Below are positions 23,291 to 34,920 of a DNA stretch of 64,000 nt, in pieces. The notes under the pieces were generated by a model. The model did no database searches. It was not told where the DNA came from and worked only from the letters and a program-made list of their open reading frames with translations. The stretch spans positions 7,132,001 to 7,196,000 of the forward strand of contig CM052816.1 in the NCBI GenBank assembly GCA_028534125.1. Direction: 5' to 3'. A program made the translations under genes and the position numbers. Within the stretch, counting starts at the first letter, position 1, and every line of letters starts with the position of its first letter. The DNA is from Lama glama (Eukaryota).

Positions 23291-26094
23291 TGAGAGTCAG
23301 TATACAGTTTCATTTGGAATTGGAGTTGTATTATTAGAGTCGATAGCAATGGATTTCTGAAGGTCCCAGGCCAACAGGTGTGTTTCATCTGGCTATCACT
23401 TGGTTCATAAGCATTTTAAATTTGAATGTCTTTATACAGGCCAGGTACTCTCAAGTTCACTACAGACTCCCTTCCACTCTCTTGTGTTAAACTGGGCTAT
23501 TTCACCAAATCTTAACATTTGCCTGACTCCTGGAGGCACCCACAATTTCTGCCAGATTATAGAGAGGGAAAGGACTTTTTTAAAGTCCAACAATTATTTG
23601 CTGAACTTGGGAAAAACCAAGAAGGTGGGTGAACACTCTTATAGAGAATAATCACTAAACTATGAATTAAACACAAGTTGCATAAAAGACCATGGTGTTC
23701 GTTGAGGTTAGATGCTGGAGAGCCTTGAAGGTGAGCTGAGATTTCTGGCCTTGACCATGTGGGAGACGGGAAAACTACTGGATGTTAAATTTTAAAGAGT
23801 TTAGAATTGTTAGGGAGGTCCTAGGAAGTGCCTCTTTAAAACCAAAGGTAAAATAATCTGTTTCGGAGATGAGATTAGGTCAGGTTAAAACAAGACAAAT
23901 ACAATGGCCTGGGGTTAGTAATAATGGAGAGACTGGTGTGTCTGCCAAGGGAATTTGGGAAAGTCTTCAAGAAAAACAATGGGTCAGAGCCATCCATCCT
24001 AGCATCCCAGCTGTTTTTTACGGTCATTAGTATTCCAAAGAACACTCAATAAACAAGAATTTGATTGGTTCCTTGAGAGTTCCAAGCAAATCTGCTTGGG
24101 CCATTCATCCTAGAGAATGACTCAGAGGCCATAAATTGAATGCCCAGGGCCAAGGCTGAGTCTGCTGGGTCCTATGGTGGGAGGGGCGGGTGGTAGCCAA
24201 GAGAGCAGGGATCACAGATAATCAGCAAGAAGGTGACAGCCTGGGCAAGCCAGGGAGTTTCGTTCTGGGTCTGGTGAATGGATTGAGCAGACAAGAGGCA
24301 ATAAAAGAACTGCCATTTTCTGAGCCTTTTTTATGGTCCAGACATTGTGTAAATAAGCCCTTTACATGCAGGATCTCCCTGGAGCTTCTCAACTGCTATA
24401 TGCCGATAGGCACCATTATCCCTTTCCTACAGAGGACAAAACTGAGAGAGGTTACAATTCTCTGGACAGATTCCTATTGATGGGGTTAGTTAAAAAGCAG
24501 TAAAGTCAAATTTCCTTATGTTGTCTCTCCACAAGGAATGGGAGGGTTTGGTATGTGTATTCTAGCACTCAGGGTGAGATAAGAAAGGCAGTGGGCTGGT
24601 ACCTTTTGTCGCTCAGCATCCATTGACCTTTTCTTCAGTTACAGCACCTGAGTTTTCCCCTGGACCAACCCATTCCTCCTCCCACTCTTAGCATCTGTGT
24701 GGGGTGGGAAGCCTCTACACCCTGCTTTAAGATAAGAATGCCGCCCAGTCTAGCCATTCAGAGAATTGCATCCTCTGGTCTCAGAGAGGCAACAACTGTT
24801 CTGAAGTGCAGGCGGTCTGGGGAGGAAGAGTCAGGATTTGAGAAGGCAGGAGGCCTGGGAGAAAACTGCTTCCTACTCCTTCCAAAATGTTCCACTATGC
24901 TAGTGTCTTTTTCAGAAAGGCTGACATTCTCTTGGAAACAATATATTACAGCTAGACCCCAAAGTCTATGAAAGCAAGGACTACATCCAGGTGCATCCCA
25001 GCACCAAGCACGGTCAGTAGCAGGTGTTGAATAAATGATCGTTGAATGATTGAATAAGTTGTTAGACACATCAATCATTTACTGAATCACAACTTGACAT
25101 AATTAGAGGGATCCTGGAGATCTTTTAGCCTGACTTCTTGTATTTTACAGAGGAGGCAACCAAGGCAAGGGGACTTCCAAAGAGTAGAATTAGATTCCAG
25201 GCCTCCTGCCCCCAGTCCTGGGCTCACCTTCTAATACCAGAGTTCCCCATGGTGGGATACTGACCACTTTTTGTTCTGAAGATTATTTCTCACATGAAGT
25301 TACATTGAATCCACAGAATAAGTAAATTATTTCCTTGTAGATATCATTCCAAGCCTTCTCATCACATGGAGGAGAAAGTCTTGATTTGGAGCTATTAAAT
25401 TGCTAACACCTCTTACTTGCTAATTTTCCTTTTTTTTTAACAAGAAGGGTACCCATGTTAGGCTCAGAGCCTTCACACGAAACAAAAATAATTTAATTTA
25501 ATATTGTTATCTTGATGTTTTGTGGAAATTTTCAAGCATAATTCAAAGCAAAGAGGATACTATTAACCTCCCATGTACTCATCACCCAGCTCCAATGACT
25601 ATCACAGTTTTACCAAGCTTATCTTCATACCCAGCCCCATCTCACTTTTTTTTTTTTCAGGAGTATTTCAGAACAAATCTTTTACATTATATCCTCATTC
25701 CCATAAATATCTCAGTGTGTACAGCTAACAGATAAGAGCTTTCTTTTCATTGAAGCCACAATTCTACCATCTCACCTAACACAATTAAAAGTTATTTCTT
25801 TATATCATTCAATACCCAGTCTGTGTTCAAATTTTCCAGATTATCTTAGAAATCTTTACTTCTGTTTGGTTGATTTGAATCAAGAAACCCATACCCTACC
25901 CTATTCTTAAGTCCCATTTAATCTTGGCGTTCCTCCCCCGCCCCACCTTTTTTCAAACCACTTACTGAAGAAACAATCTTATCTGTCCTGCAGAATTTCT
26001 CACATTCTAGATTTGGCTGGTTGGATTCATGTGGTATTTTTAAGTATGTTCCTCCATCCCTTTCTTTTCTGCTCACTGGTAATTAGATTCAGAT

Positions 26095-26445
26095 TCAGAT
26101 TGGTTCTGAAAGTGGTCCCTGAGGAGCAGAATCTTAAAGATGAGTTTTCTGGATTGGTTCTCTGACTAGATTTAAAGGCATTCATGACCTTATTTTCAGT
26201 GCTAAGGGGACACTTGCAGTCCATGGCAGGTTGTGGTAAAACAATAATTCAAATCATTATCCATAGATTCCTGTAATCAAGTACCTGGAGAAGCCAAGAC
26301 TCTGAGTGACCAAGTATTTGCAGTCACAGAACATCTATCTTAGTGAAATTAAGGAGTATGATGCAGCTGGTTGGTTGCTTCTAAGACTGCAGCGCAGGCA
26401 AGGGGAAAAAAATGACAAGCTCAGGGCTTTAAATTCCCAGATTCA
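26095..26445 (+). mobile_element. ERVL/MaLR internal (LTR-proximal) fragment
   Basis: gtggtccctgaggagcagaatcttaaagatgagttttctggattggttct...aaaatgacaagctcagggctttaaattcccag. Confidence 0.55.
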
Positions 26446-27144
26446 ATGATTATAGGCTTTTTATGTAATCTTTTTAATTTAAAAATTTATCCCTTAGACT
26501 GTAAATGTTGGCTGCTAATGATATCAGTATAATTCATTGCCTTTACCATATATCTCATTTATTTCCTAATCCTATTGTTTCCAGATGCTAATGTTAATAC
26601 TAAAAATAAGACTATGAAATGTTCTTTTTCCCCCTAGGTATACATCTCATTAAGGATGAATGCCTAAAATACTATTAAATTTATTTGAAATAATGAGTCT
26701 CAGGATGGTTACCGCACCAACTTGTTACACAACTAGGCTCATTTGCTCTTGTATTTTTTATTTTTAGAATTTACTTTATGTCTTTGATATAATTTAGTAT
26801 TTTTAATTTTATAAAACATTTAAGAGTTCCAAAGTTAGAATTATATATAACACGATATGTTCAGAAAGCTTCTTTTTCTGCAACCATTCCTTTGCTGGTG
26901 TTGGGTACAACACATCCATATTACACCCTCAAAGAGAGGCCATCTGAGCACCCACCAACCTGGCCCACCCACGAGCTTTGCTTAGAAGCCGTGTCTCATA
27001 GAATTTAGCTCAGGCTGTGGTATCAGAAAGCTAGCTTTTATCAACCATCTTCTTCTCTGTCCCTAAGGTAAACATTTCTATTAATTTTTGGCTTATCTTT
27101 CAATTGTTTCTGTCTGAAAACATAAGCAAATACATACACATATT

Positions 27145-27625
27145 ATTTATTTGTTGAAGTATAGTCAGTTTACAATGTTGTGTTAATTTCTGTTGTACAG
27201 CATAGTGATTCATTTATACATATTTATTCCTTTTCATATTTTTCTATTATTTCTTTATCAGCACAAGATACTGAATATAGTTCCCTATATTCTATAGTGC
27301 TATAGAGAGAACCTTGTTGTTTATCTATTTTATATATAGTAGTTAGTATCTGCAAATCCCAAACTCCTAATTTATCCCTTTATCCTCTTCTTCCCAACCC
27401 CCAATAACAACAAGTTTGTTTCCTATGTCTGTGAGTCTGTTTCTGTTTTGTAAATAAATTCATTTATCTCATTTTTTTAGATTCCACATATAAATGATAT
27501 CATATGGTATTTTTCTTTCTCTTTCTGGCTTACTTCAATTAGTATGACAATCTCCAGGTCCATCCATGTTGCTGCAAATGGCATTATTTTATTATTTTTT
27601 ATGGCTGAGTAGTATTCCATTGCAT
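27145..27625 (-). mobile_element. Young L1 3' end, antisense
   Basis: ttgaagtatagtcagtttacaatgttgtg...ctgtgagtctgtttctgttttgtaaataa...atggctgagtagtattccattg. Confidence 0.9.
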
Positions 27626-27842
27626 ATACACATTTTTATTTCTCCCTCCCTTGCACTTTAAACATTGTTCGGCACCTTGCTTTTTTGATGTTGTTGCTTG
27701 TTTGTTTTTCATCTAATATGTCCTAGAGATCATCTTATAGCATTAGATAGAAATTCTTCCTCATGCCTTTTTACACTGAATTAGAATTTAATACCATCAT
27801 TTTATTAGCACTGCGTCAATTACTTTCTATTTTGACAAGTTT

Positions 27843-28210
27843 ATCAGTCAGGTTCCTGGCAGGAAACTTTGAAAATGGGTAACCTGAGAATTTAATCATG
27901 GGACCATTTATAGAGATGTGGCCCCAGGTAGGTAAACCACAGGGATGGCCCAGTTCCCCAGAGCCAGCAACGGCAGGGGCCTGAGGGGCAAGGGGAGAGG
28001 CGGTTACTGGGACCAGAGAGGGGCGGGAGCAGGAGCTGGGCTCCTGGGCTGAGGGACGCAGCCAGTCCGCTGTCATCCCCCAGGGAAGGAGCCGGGGGAA
28101 TCCGGACTCCCTCTTCTCTCTCCTCTTCCCAGTCTTCTGTTGATGTTCCCCACCGGCCAATCCCAAGTGGGTAGGGCGGGGAGTGGAGCCAGGGGCAAGC
28201 AGGACGCATG
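27843..28210. mobile_element. Old ERVL-class LTR (LTR33/LTR16-like), CpG-retaining
   Basis: tcagtcaggttcctggcaggaaac...gagaatttaatcatgggaccatttatagagatgtgg; family name from memory. Confidence 0.45.
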
Positions 28211-28954
28211 CAGCAAGGACGGGGATACTCTTTCTCTCATATTAATGATACGAGCTCTCCTTGAAATGAAACATACTTAGGTTTTAAAAAATAAGCTGAA
28301 ATAAAGCAAATATGATGACAGGTGATGTGAGGATAAAGCAAGAACGGTGCAAGCGCTGCCCAGTGACGGCATCTGGGAAGCCCCGCCCAGGACCACACGC
28401 AGCCCCTTGTACTTTAGGTGACGGCCTCCTCTCCCTCCTGGCCCCTCCCTGGCTGCCTTTCCTCGGGACCTCCAAGAGTTGCTCAGAAACAGGAGGGAAA
28501 TTATATTTTTAATTGGAGAGAGAAGAGAGGCCCTAGAAGGTCGCTGGGTGAAGGGGCTTGAGAGGCTCTGAAATGGACCCCTGCTGTCCGGGGCCGTCAG
28601 GGGCCTTCCGTTGCCCTGCTCCCCCCACCCCCTTGGCCGCTCTCCCAGGGAGCACAGGGCCCTCTTTCTTACTCCATCACCAGATGAGCGGCTGAGGGAA
28701 GGCAGACACTGCCTGTCCTTGGGGCTGGAACTCAGGGCTGGAAACCAGAGATGGGCCTTAAGGGGTGGAAGGGTCCCCGGCCTGTATTCAGTCCAAGCCC
28801 ATGGCTGGCTGGGAGTGAGGACATAAGAGAAGTTCTCTCCAAGGACTGAGGGAGCCAGAAAGTGTGCAATTCGGGGGTAGGAGGGATAAAAGAGATTGTT
28901 CTGAACAGAGGCATCCCTCCTGCCTTTTCTTTGCATCTCACCTCTAGGTATACT

Positions 28955-30534
28955 CTCATTGACTCAACTGAGTGATTGAGCCCCTCCTCTGGGCTGGCAC
29001 TGTGCAGATGCTAGGGACATGATGGAGCACTCACAAAACTACTCCTCAGTCCAGTGGGGAAAACAGATGAGTAACTAGATCTGCAGGTACCTCCAGAGGA
29101 GGTACCTAACCCAGCCCTTGGGAATCACAGAGGCTTTTTAAAGGAAGTGTTGTCTAGGCTGAGCACTGAAGGAGGGTAGGAATAAGCAGTTTAAGTCCAT
29201 AGGGAAATTCTCCTAGGCAGGGGGAACAGGATATACAAAAGCAGCTACACGTTCAAGGGATTCTGGTGTGACAAGTAGGTCAGTTTACAAAGGAGGCAGG
29301 AATATACAATGGAGAAAAAACAGTCTCTTCAGCAAATGGTTGACAGTCGCATGTAAATCAATGAAGTTAGAACACTCCCTCACACCATACACAAAAATGA
29401 ACTCAAAATGGCTTAAAGACTTAAATGTAAGACAAGACACTATAAACCTCCTAGAAGAAAACGTAGGCAAAACACTCTGACATAAATCTTAGGAACGTTC
29501 TCCTAGAGCAGGCAATGGAAATAAAAGCAAAAATAAACAAATGGGACCTAATTAAACTTATAACCTTTTGTACAGCAAAGGAAACCATAAGCAAAACAAA
29601 ACAACAACCTATGGAATGGGAGAAAATATTTGCAAATGATTTGACTGACAAAGGCTTAATTTCCAGAATATATAAACAGCTCATACAACCTAATAACAAA
29701 AACAAACAACCCAATCCAAAAATGGGCAGAAGACCTAAACAAACAATTCTCCAGTAAAGACATACAAATGGCCAATAGGCACATGAAAAAATGCTCAATA
29801 TCATGAATTATCAGAGAAATGCAAATCAAAACTATAATGAGGTATCACCTCACACTGGTCTGAATGGCCATCATTCAAAAGTCCACAAATGATAAATGTT
29901 GGAGAGGGTGTGGAGAAAAGGGAACCCTTCCACACTGCTGGTGGGAATGTAGTTTGGTGCAGCCATTATGGAAAACAGTATGAAGATTCTTCAAAAGACT
30001 GAAAATAGACTAGCCATATGATCCAGCACTCCTGGGTATATATTCGGAGGGAGCTCTAATTTGAAAAGATACATACATGTCCATGCTCATAGCAGCACTA
30101 TATACAATAGGCAAGACATGGAAGAAATCTAAATGTCCATCGACAGATGACTGGATAAAGAAATTGTGGTATAATGCCATTTGTAGCAACATGGATGGAC
30201 CTGGAGATTATCATTCTTAGTGAAATAAGCCAGAAAGAGAAAGAAGAATATCATATGATATCACTTATATACAGAATTAAAAAAGAAAAGAAAAAGGACC
30301 CTAATGAACTCATCTACAAAACAGAAACAGACTCATAGACATAGTAAACAATCTTACGGTTACAGGGGAAAGGGGGTGGGAAGGGATAAATTTGGGAGTT
30401 CAAGATTTGCAAATATTAACCACTATATATAAAAATAGATTAAAAATACATTTCTACTGTATAGCACAGGAAACTATATTCAATATCTTGTAATAACCTT
30501 TAATGAAAAAGAATATGAAAATGAATATGTGTGT

Positions 30535-30581
<47 letters not shown>

Positions 30582-30890
30582 ACTGGAACATTATGCTGTA
30601 CACCAGAATTTGACACATTGTAACTGAAGGTTCTTCGAATAAACAAACAAACAAACAAAAAACAAGTCAGTCAGTTTATTAGAATGTTTGTGTTTGGGTG
30701 GTAGAGGGGAGTAAGGGGCAACCGATGGGAGGTGTTGGGAGATGAGGCTGAAGGGGTAGGAAGGGGCCTGGCTATGAAGGGACTGAAGCTGCCTTAAGGA
30801 GCTTGAAGGATGTTCTGTGGGGAGTGAAGTGTTTAGGCAGGGAAGTGACATTGTCAGATTTGTGTTCAAGAGACTCTTCATGCTGCCTTA
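28955..30890 (-). mobile_element. L2 fragment split by a younger L1
   Basis: L2-like text on both sides (ggcactgtgcagatgctagggac...ggcagggggaacagg and gagatgaggctgaagggg...gggaagtgacattgtcagatttgtgtt). Confidence 0.65.
29288..30661 (+). mobile_element. Young 5'-truncated L1 (ORF2 C-terminus + 3' UTR) with 17-bp TSD
   Basis: Peptides [42 protein letters not shown]; (GT)n at ~30528-30568; (aaac)n tail; TSD acaagtaggtcagttta (29271-29287) / acaagtcagtcagttta (30662-30678). Confidence 0.95.
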
Positions 30891-31011
30891 GAGGTAGCTC
30901 TCAAATGTACCTCCACATTTTCCTCCTTATTCTGATTCCCTAGCAGGTTGTCCTTCTTGAATCCCTCAGCATGTGGTGCCTCTGCTCTAGATGAATTCCT
31001 CCCTCTATCCC

Positions 31012-31085
31012 TTCTTTCCTTCCTTCCTTCCCTCCCCTTTCCTTCCTTCTCTCCTTCCTTCCTTCCTTCCTTCCTTCCTTCCTTT
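31012..31085. repeat. (TTCC)n low-complexity tract
   Basis: Pyrimidine-only ttcc repeats. Confidence 0.9.
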
Positions 31086-31135
31086 CTCTGTCTTTCTCTT
31101 TAATAGCTGTATTGAGAGATAATTCATATACCGTA

Positions 31136-31415
31136 TGTAACAGGCTGAATTGTGTCCCCTAAAATTCATATGGTGAAGTCCTAGCCCCCAGAACCTCAGA
31201 ATGTGATGGAGATAGGATCTTTAAAGATGTGCTTAAGTTAAAATGAGGTCATTAGGGTGGGCCCTAGTGCCATATGACTGGTGTCCTTAGAAAAAGATGG
31301 AATCTGGACACAGACACACACTGAGGGATGATCACGTGAAGACAGGGAGAAGACGGCTATTTACAACTGAAGAAGAGAGGCCTCAGAAAAAGCCAACCCT
31401 GAGGACACCTTGATC
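31136..31415 (+). mobile_element. MaLR LTR (MLT1B/C-like)
   Basis: tgtaacaggctgaattgtgtcccctaaaattcatatggtgaagtcctagcccccagaacctcagaatgtga...gaggtcattagggtgggccct. Confidence 0.85.
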
Positions 31416-34010
31416 TCTCTCCATGTCTCTCTTTCCCTTTCTGTCTCTGCCTCTCACTCTTTCTTCATCTGTCTCATTCTACTTTTGTCTCTCTTATCAA
31501 CATAAATGTATTTAAAAGTTAAAAACATGACAGTCCTACAAATGAAAAATGGACATGTGTCAATGATTCATTTAACCTGTTAATGAGGGAATTCGCAGGA
31601 TGGTAAAGCTGATTTCCGGAAAATTCAAGGAGAGAACACGTCTACACAGGCACTGAAGGGAGGCTGGAAAAAGTCTGCTAGGTCATATACAAGACTGGTT
31701 AATGTCCTACAAGGCTTTAAAACTGTAACCCCGGGGGTTCCTTCTAGCAAGTCAAACAACAATAGATCTCCTAGAGAAGATCCTTGATGGGCTTGTTGGC
31801 ACCGCTTCAGTGGAACATCAGAGGATATGCTAAGTTTGGGGCAAGTTTCTTCCACGTCCGTTTCTCTGCATCGGTCTCTTCCTCTCTCTCCTCACCTCTG
31901 TCCCTCTCTGGATCATGACAGACTCTGTCAGTGTCTCTCTCTCTCTTCCTCTGTCTGAACCTGTCTCTCTTCTTCCGACTTAATCTCTCTATCTTGGGTT
32001 CACAAGCTCATTTTAGTCACCTTCACCTGGGAATCCCCATGTGCCAGGACCTGCACAGGAGCCACAGGGAAAGGACAGAGCTGAATCTGACATGCCCCGG
32101 CCATCCTGTCTGCATTTCTTCTCAGCATTGGAAGGAAATCAAATGGAAATTCTGAGCACTTGGAGGAGAGGCGCTGAGGGTGTGGGACGTGGCAGGGGAA
32201 GGGAGGGCGGGCCAGCTGCTGGGGCTGTAGCGAGCTCCGCTCCGGGCTTCAGCTGGCTGGGCGGAGATGATTTCACACCACAAAAATGTCTGAATCAGGA
32301 GAATAATCCAACTTGGGATAAGGCTGGGAAGCGGGCTGTTTAGTGGGGGAGGGCAGGAGTGGAGTCCGCAGGGTTGGGACCAAAGGCCAAGATGGGTGGC
32401 TGGCCACGGTTCATCAAGGCCCCGGGGGGTCCGTCACTGTTCTGGGATTTCAGGAAAGACACGATTTCTTCTTGCATCTTGCAAATGAGTGCGCAGAGCC
32501 TGGGCTCTCAAAGGAAGAGGTTGCAACCCTGCAGAATCACAAAAGCTCTGCCAGCAAACCCACGGATCTGAGGGAGAATGGGAGGGGGAGAGAGAAGCAG
32601 GAGACAGAGCAGGAGAAGAGGAAGCATTGATCTGAAAGGCTGGAAGGCTTTGAGTTAAATGACTTAGTGACCTTTAAGAGTTCTTAAGCTACAGAACCTT
32701 ATTAAAACAGCCAAACAGGTGCCTCTGGGGGTCCAAGGAGGGAAACTAAACCCCCTCACCTTGGTCCTCATCACCCCCAATTTGGAAATTATGACCTAAC
32801 CTGACAGCTTCATTTTACAAATGAACTAACAGCTCAGAGAGGGGAGACAACTTGCCCAAGACACCAATGGAGGGGGTGAGGAAACCAGGTCCCTTGACTC
32901 TTTGTCCAGTGCTCTTTTCAAAAGGATGAGAATGACAGAAAGAGGAAGGGCCCAGGCAAAAAGGGAGGAGAGAAGATAAATGAGAAGATGGAGGGGGAAG
33001 AGGAACAGATTAGGAGAGAGAAGGAGGCAAGAAGCTGGGTCTCTTTAAAGTTTTCAAAATCAGAAAGTAAGATCTTTACCTTTCTCACAGAAGAATGGTT
33101 CTTTAAGTGCCATGAACCAGCCCCTATCAGTGAAGGTGCCAAACTGGTGGCCAACGAAGAGATTTCTCCAGCAGACAGAAACTGTTTGGGGAAGAAAACA
33201 TTTTAAAAGTGGGGAAGGGATGTGGGGCATGTTCTCTCCAGGCTGACAAAGGCCCTGCCAGTCCTGGTGCATTGCTCAGAGGGGCTGCCCACAATTCTCA
33301 CCTCTCTGCCCCTGAAGATGCAGAGTTTGCCACCCTAACCTGGTAACCCTGGTTCTCCTCCAGGGATGCACCAGGCTGATGGATGGAGCCTCTCCCTCCA
33401 GCTTCTAGGAGGAAGTAGGGGCTCGTGGCTGCCTGCCCAGGGTGAGCAGACTGCAAGCTCCCAGGGAGTGGGTCTGACATCCTCTGGGGCTCACATTTGG
33501 CTCCTGGAACCCTCCCCTTTCCCATGGTGCCTGGGACAGTTTGTGAGTTTGTAATACAGTGTGTCCTGGGACAGTGTACCCTCCTCCTCCAAGCTCATTT
33601 TTTCTTGCATTATAAAACCAGGGGGCTGAAAAGAAATTCGTGCGTTTCAATTTTTTTTTTAAGTAGTAAAACCATTTTAAGAAATAAAATCTTAGGTAGA
33701 AGCCCGATAAGTCAGACAGTTAAAAGCAGTTCTACTCTGGTTGAACCAGGAATGGGCTAGGGGCCTGGAGACCTGTTCCTTTGGCCTTCTTTCTGCCCCC
33801 TTAAGGCTCCTGCATGGAGCTCCTACAGAAGGAGGTTTGAATACCACTGGCATGGAAAGTTTCGAAGATTTGTTACAAGACACTCCCGTCTGAGAACAGA
33901 AGCCAGGACTCTGAGGAGATGACATACTGGGGCAGTGTTGGATCAGCCTCAGAAGAGGGTGATGTGGCCTGCCTTACCCAGGCAACGGTGGAGGAAAAAA
34001 AGACTTGTGT

Positions 34011-34510
34011 NNNNNNNNNNNNNNNNNNNNNNNNNNNNNNNNNNNNNNNNNNNNNNNNNNNNNNNNNNNNNNNNNNNNNNNNNNNNNNNNNNNNNNNNNN
34101 NNNNNNNNNNNNNNNNNNNNNNNNNNNNNNNNNNNNNNNNNNNNNNNNNNNNNNNNNNNNNNNNNNNNNNNNNNNNNNNNNNNNNNNNNNNNNNNNNNNN
34201 NNNNNNNNNNNNNNNNNNNNNNNNNNNNNNNNNNNNNNNNNNNNNNNNNNNNNNNNNNNNNNNNNNNNNNNNNNNNNNNNNNNNNNNNNNNNNNNNNNNN
34301 NNNNNNNNNNNNNNNNNNNNNNNNNNNNNNNNNNNNNNNNNNNNNNNNNNNNNNNNNNNNNNNNNNNNNNNNNNNNNNNNNNNNNNNNNNNNNNNNNNNN
34401 NNNNNNNNNNNNNNNNNNNNNNNNNNNNNNNNNNNNNNNNNNNNNNNNNNNNNNNNNNNNNNNNNNNNNNNNNNNNNNNNNNNNNNNNNNNNNNNNNNNN
34501 NNNNNNNNNN
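34011..34510. other. Assembly gap (500 N)
   Basis: Exactly 500 N, probably a fixed scaffolding spacer. Confidence 0.99.
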
Positions 34511-34920
34511 TGCTACTTCACATAGCAACGGGGACTGACTTTGCAGATGAAGTTAAGGCTTTTGAGGTGGGAAGATTACCCTAGGTTATCCAGGAGGGCC
34601 CAGTATAATCATAAGAGTCTCTATAAGAGGGAGGCAAGAGGGTCAAAGTCAGAAGAAGGAGCTGTAATAATGGGAGCAGAGGCTGGAGTGATGTGCTTGG
34701 TCGGGAGGAGGATGGGCCACAAGCCAAGGAATGCAGTGGCCTCTAGAAGCTGAAAAAGGCAAGGACACAGATTCTTCCCTCAAGCCTCCAGAAGGAACAC
34801 AGCCCTGCTGTCTCTTTAAGTTTAGGACTTCTGACCTCCAGAAATGTAAAGTAATAAATGTGTGTTTTAAGTCACCAAGTTCGTGGTAATTTATTATAGC
34901 AATAATGAGGAATTAATATC
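34511..34920 (+). mobile_element. MaLR LTR (MLT1D-like), 5' end lost in gap
   Basis: ctttgcagatgaagttaagg...gccacaagccaaggaatgcagtggcctctagaagctg...ggacttctgacctccagaa. Confidence 0.85.

Noticed and set aside
28277..28936. 219-aa minus-strand ORF
   Set aside because: Explained by local GC richness; no domain.
33919..34584. Long ORFs with X runs
   Set aside because: Artefact of the N gap.
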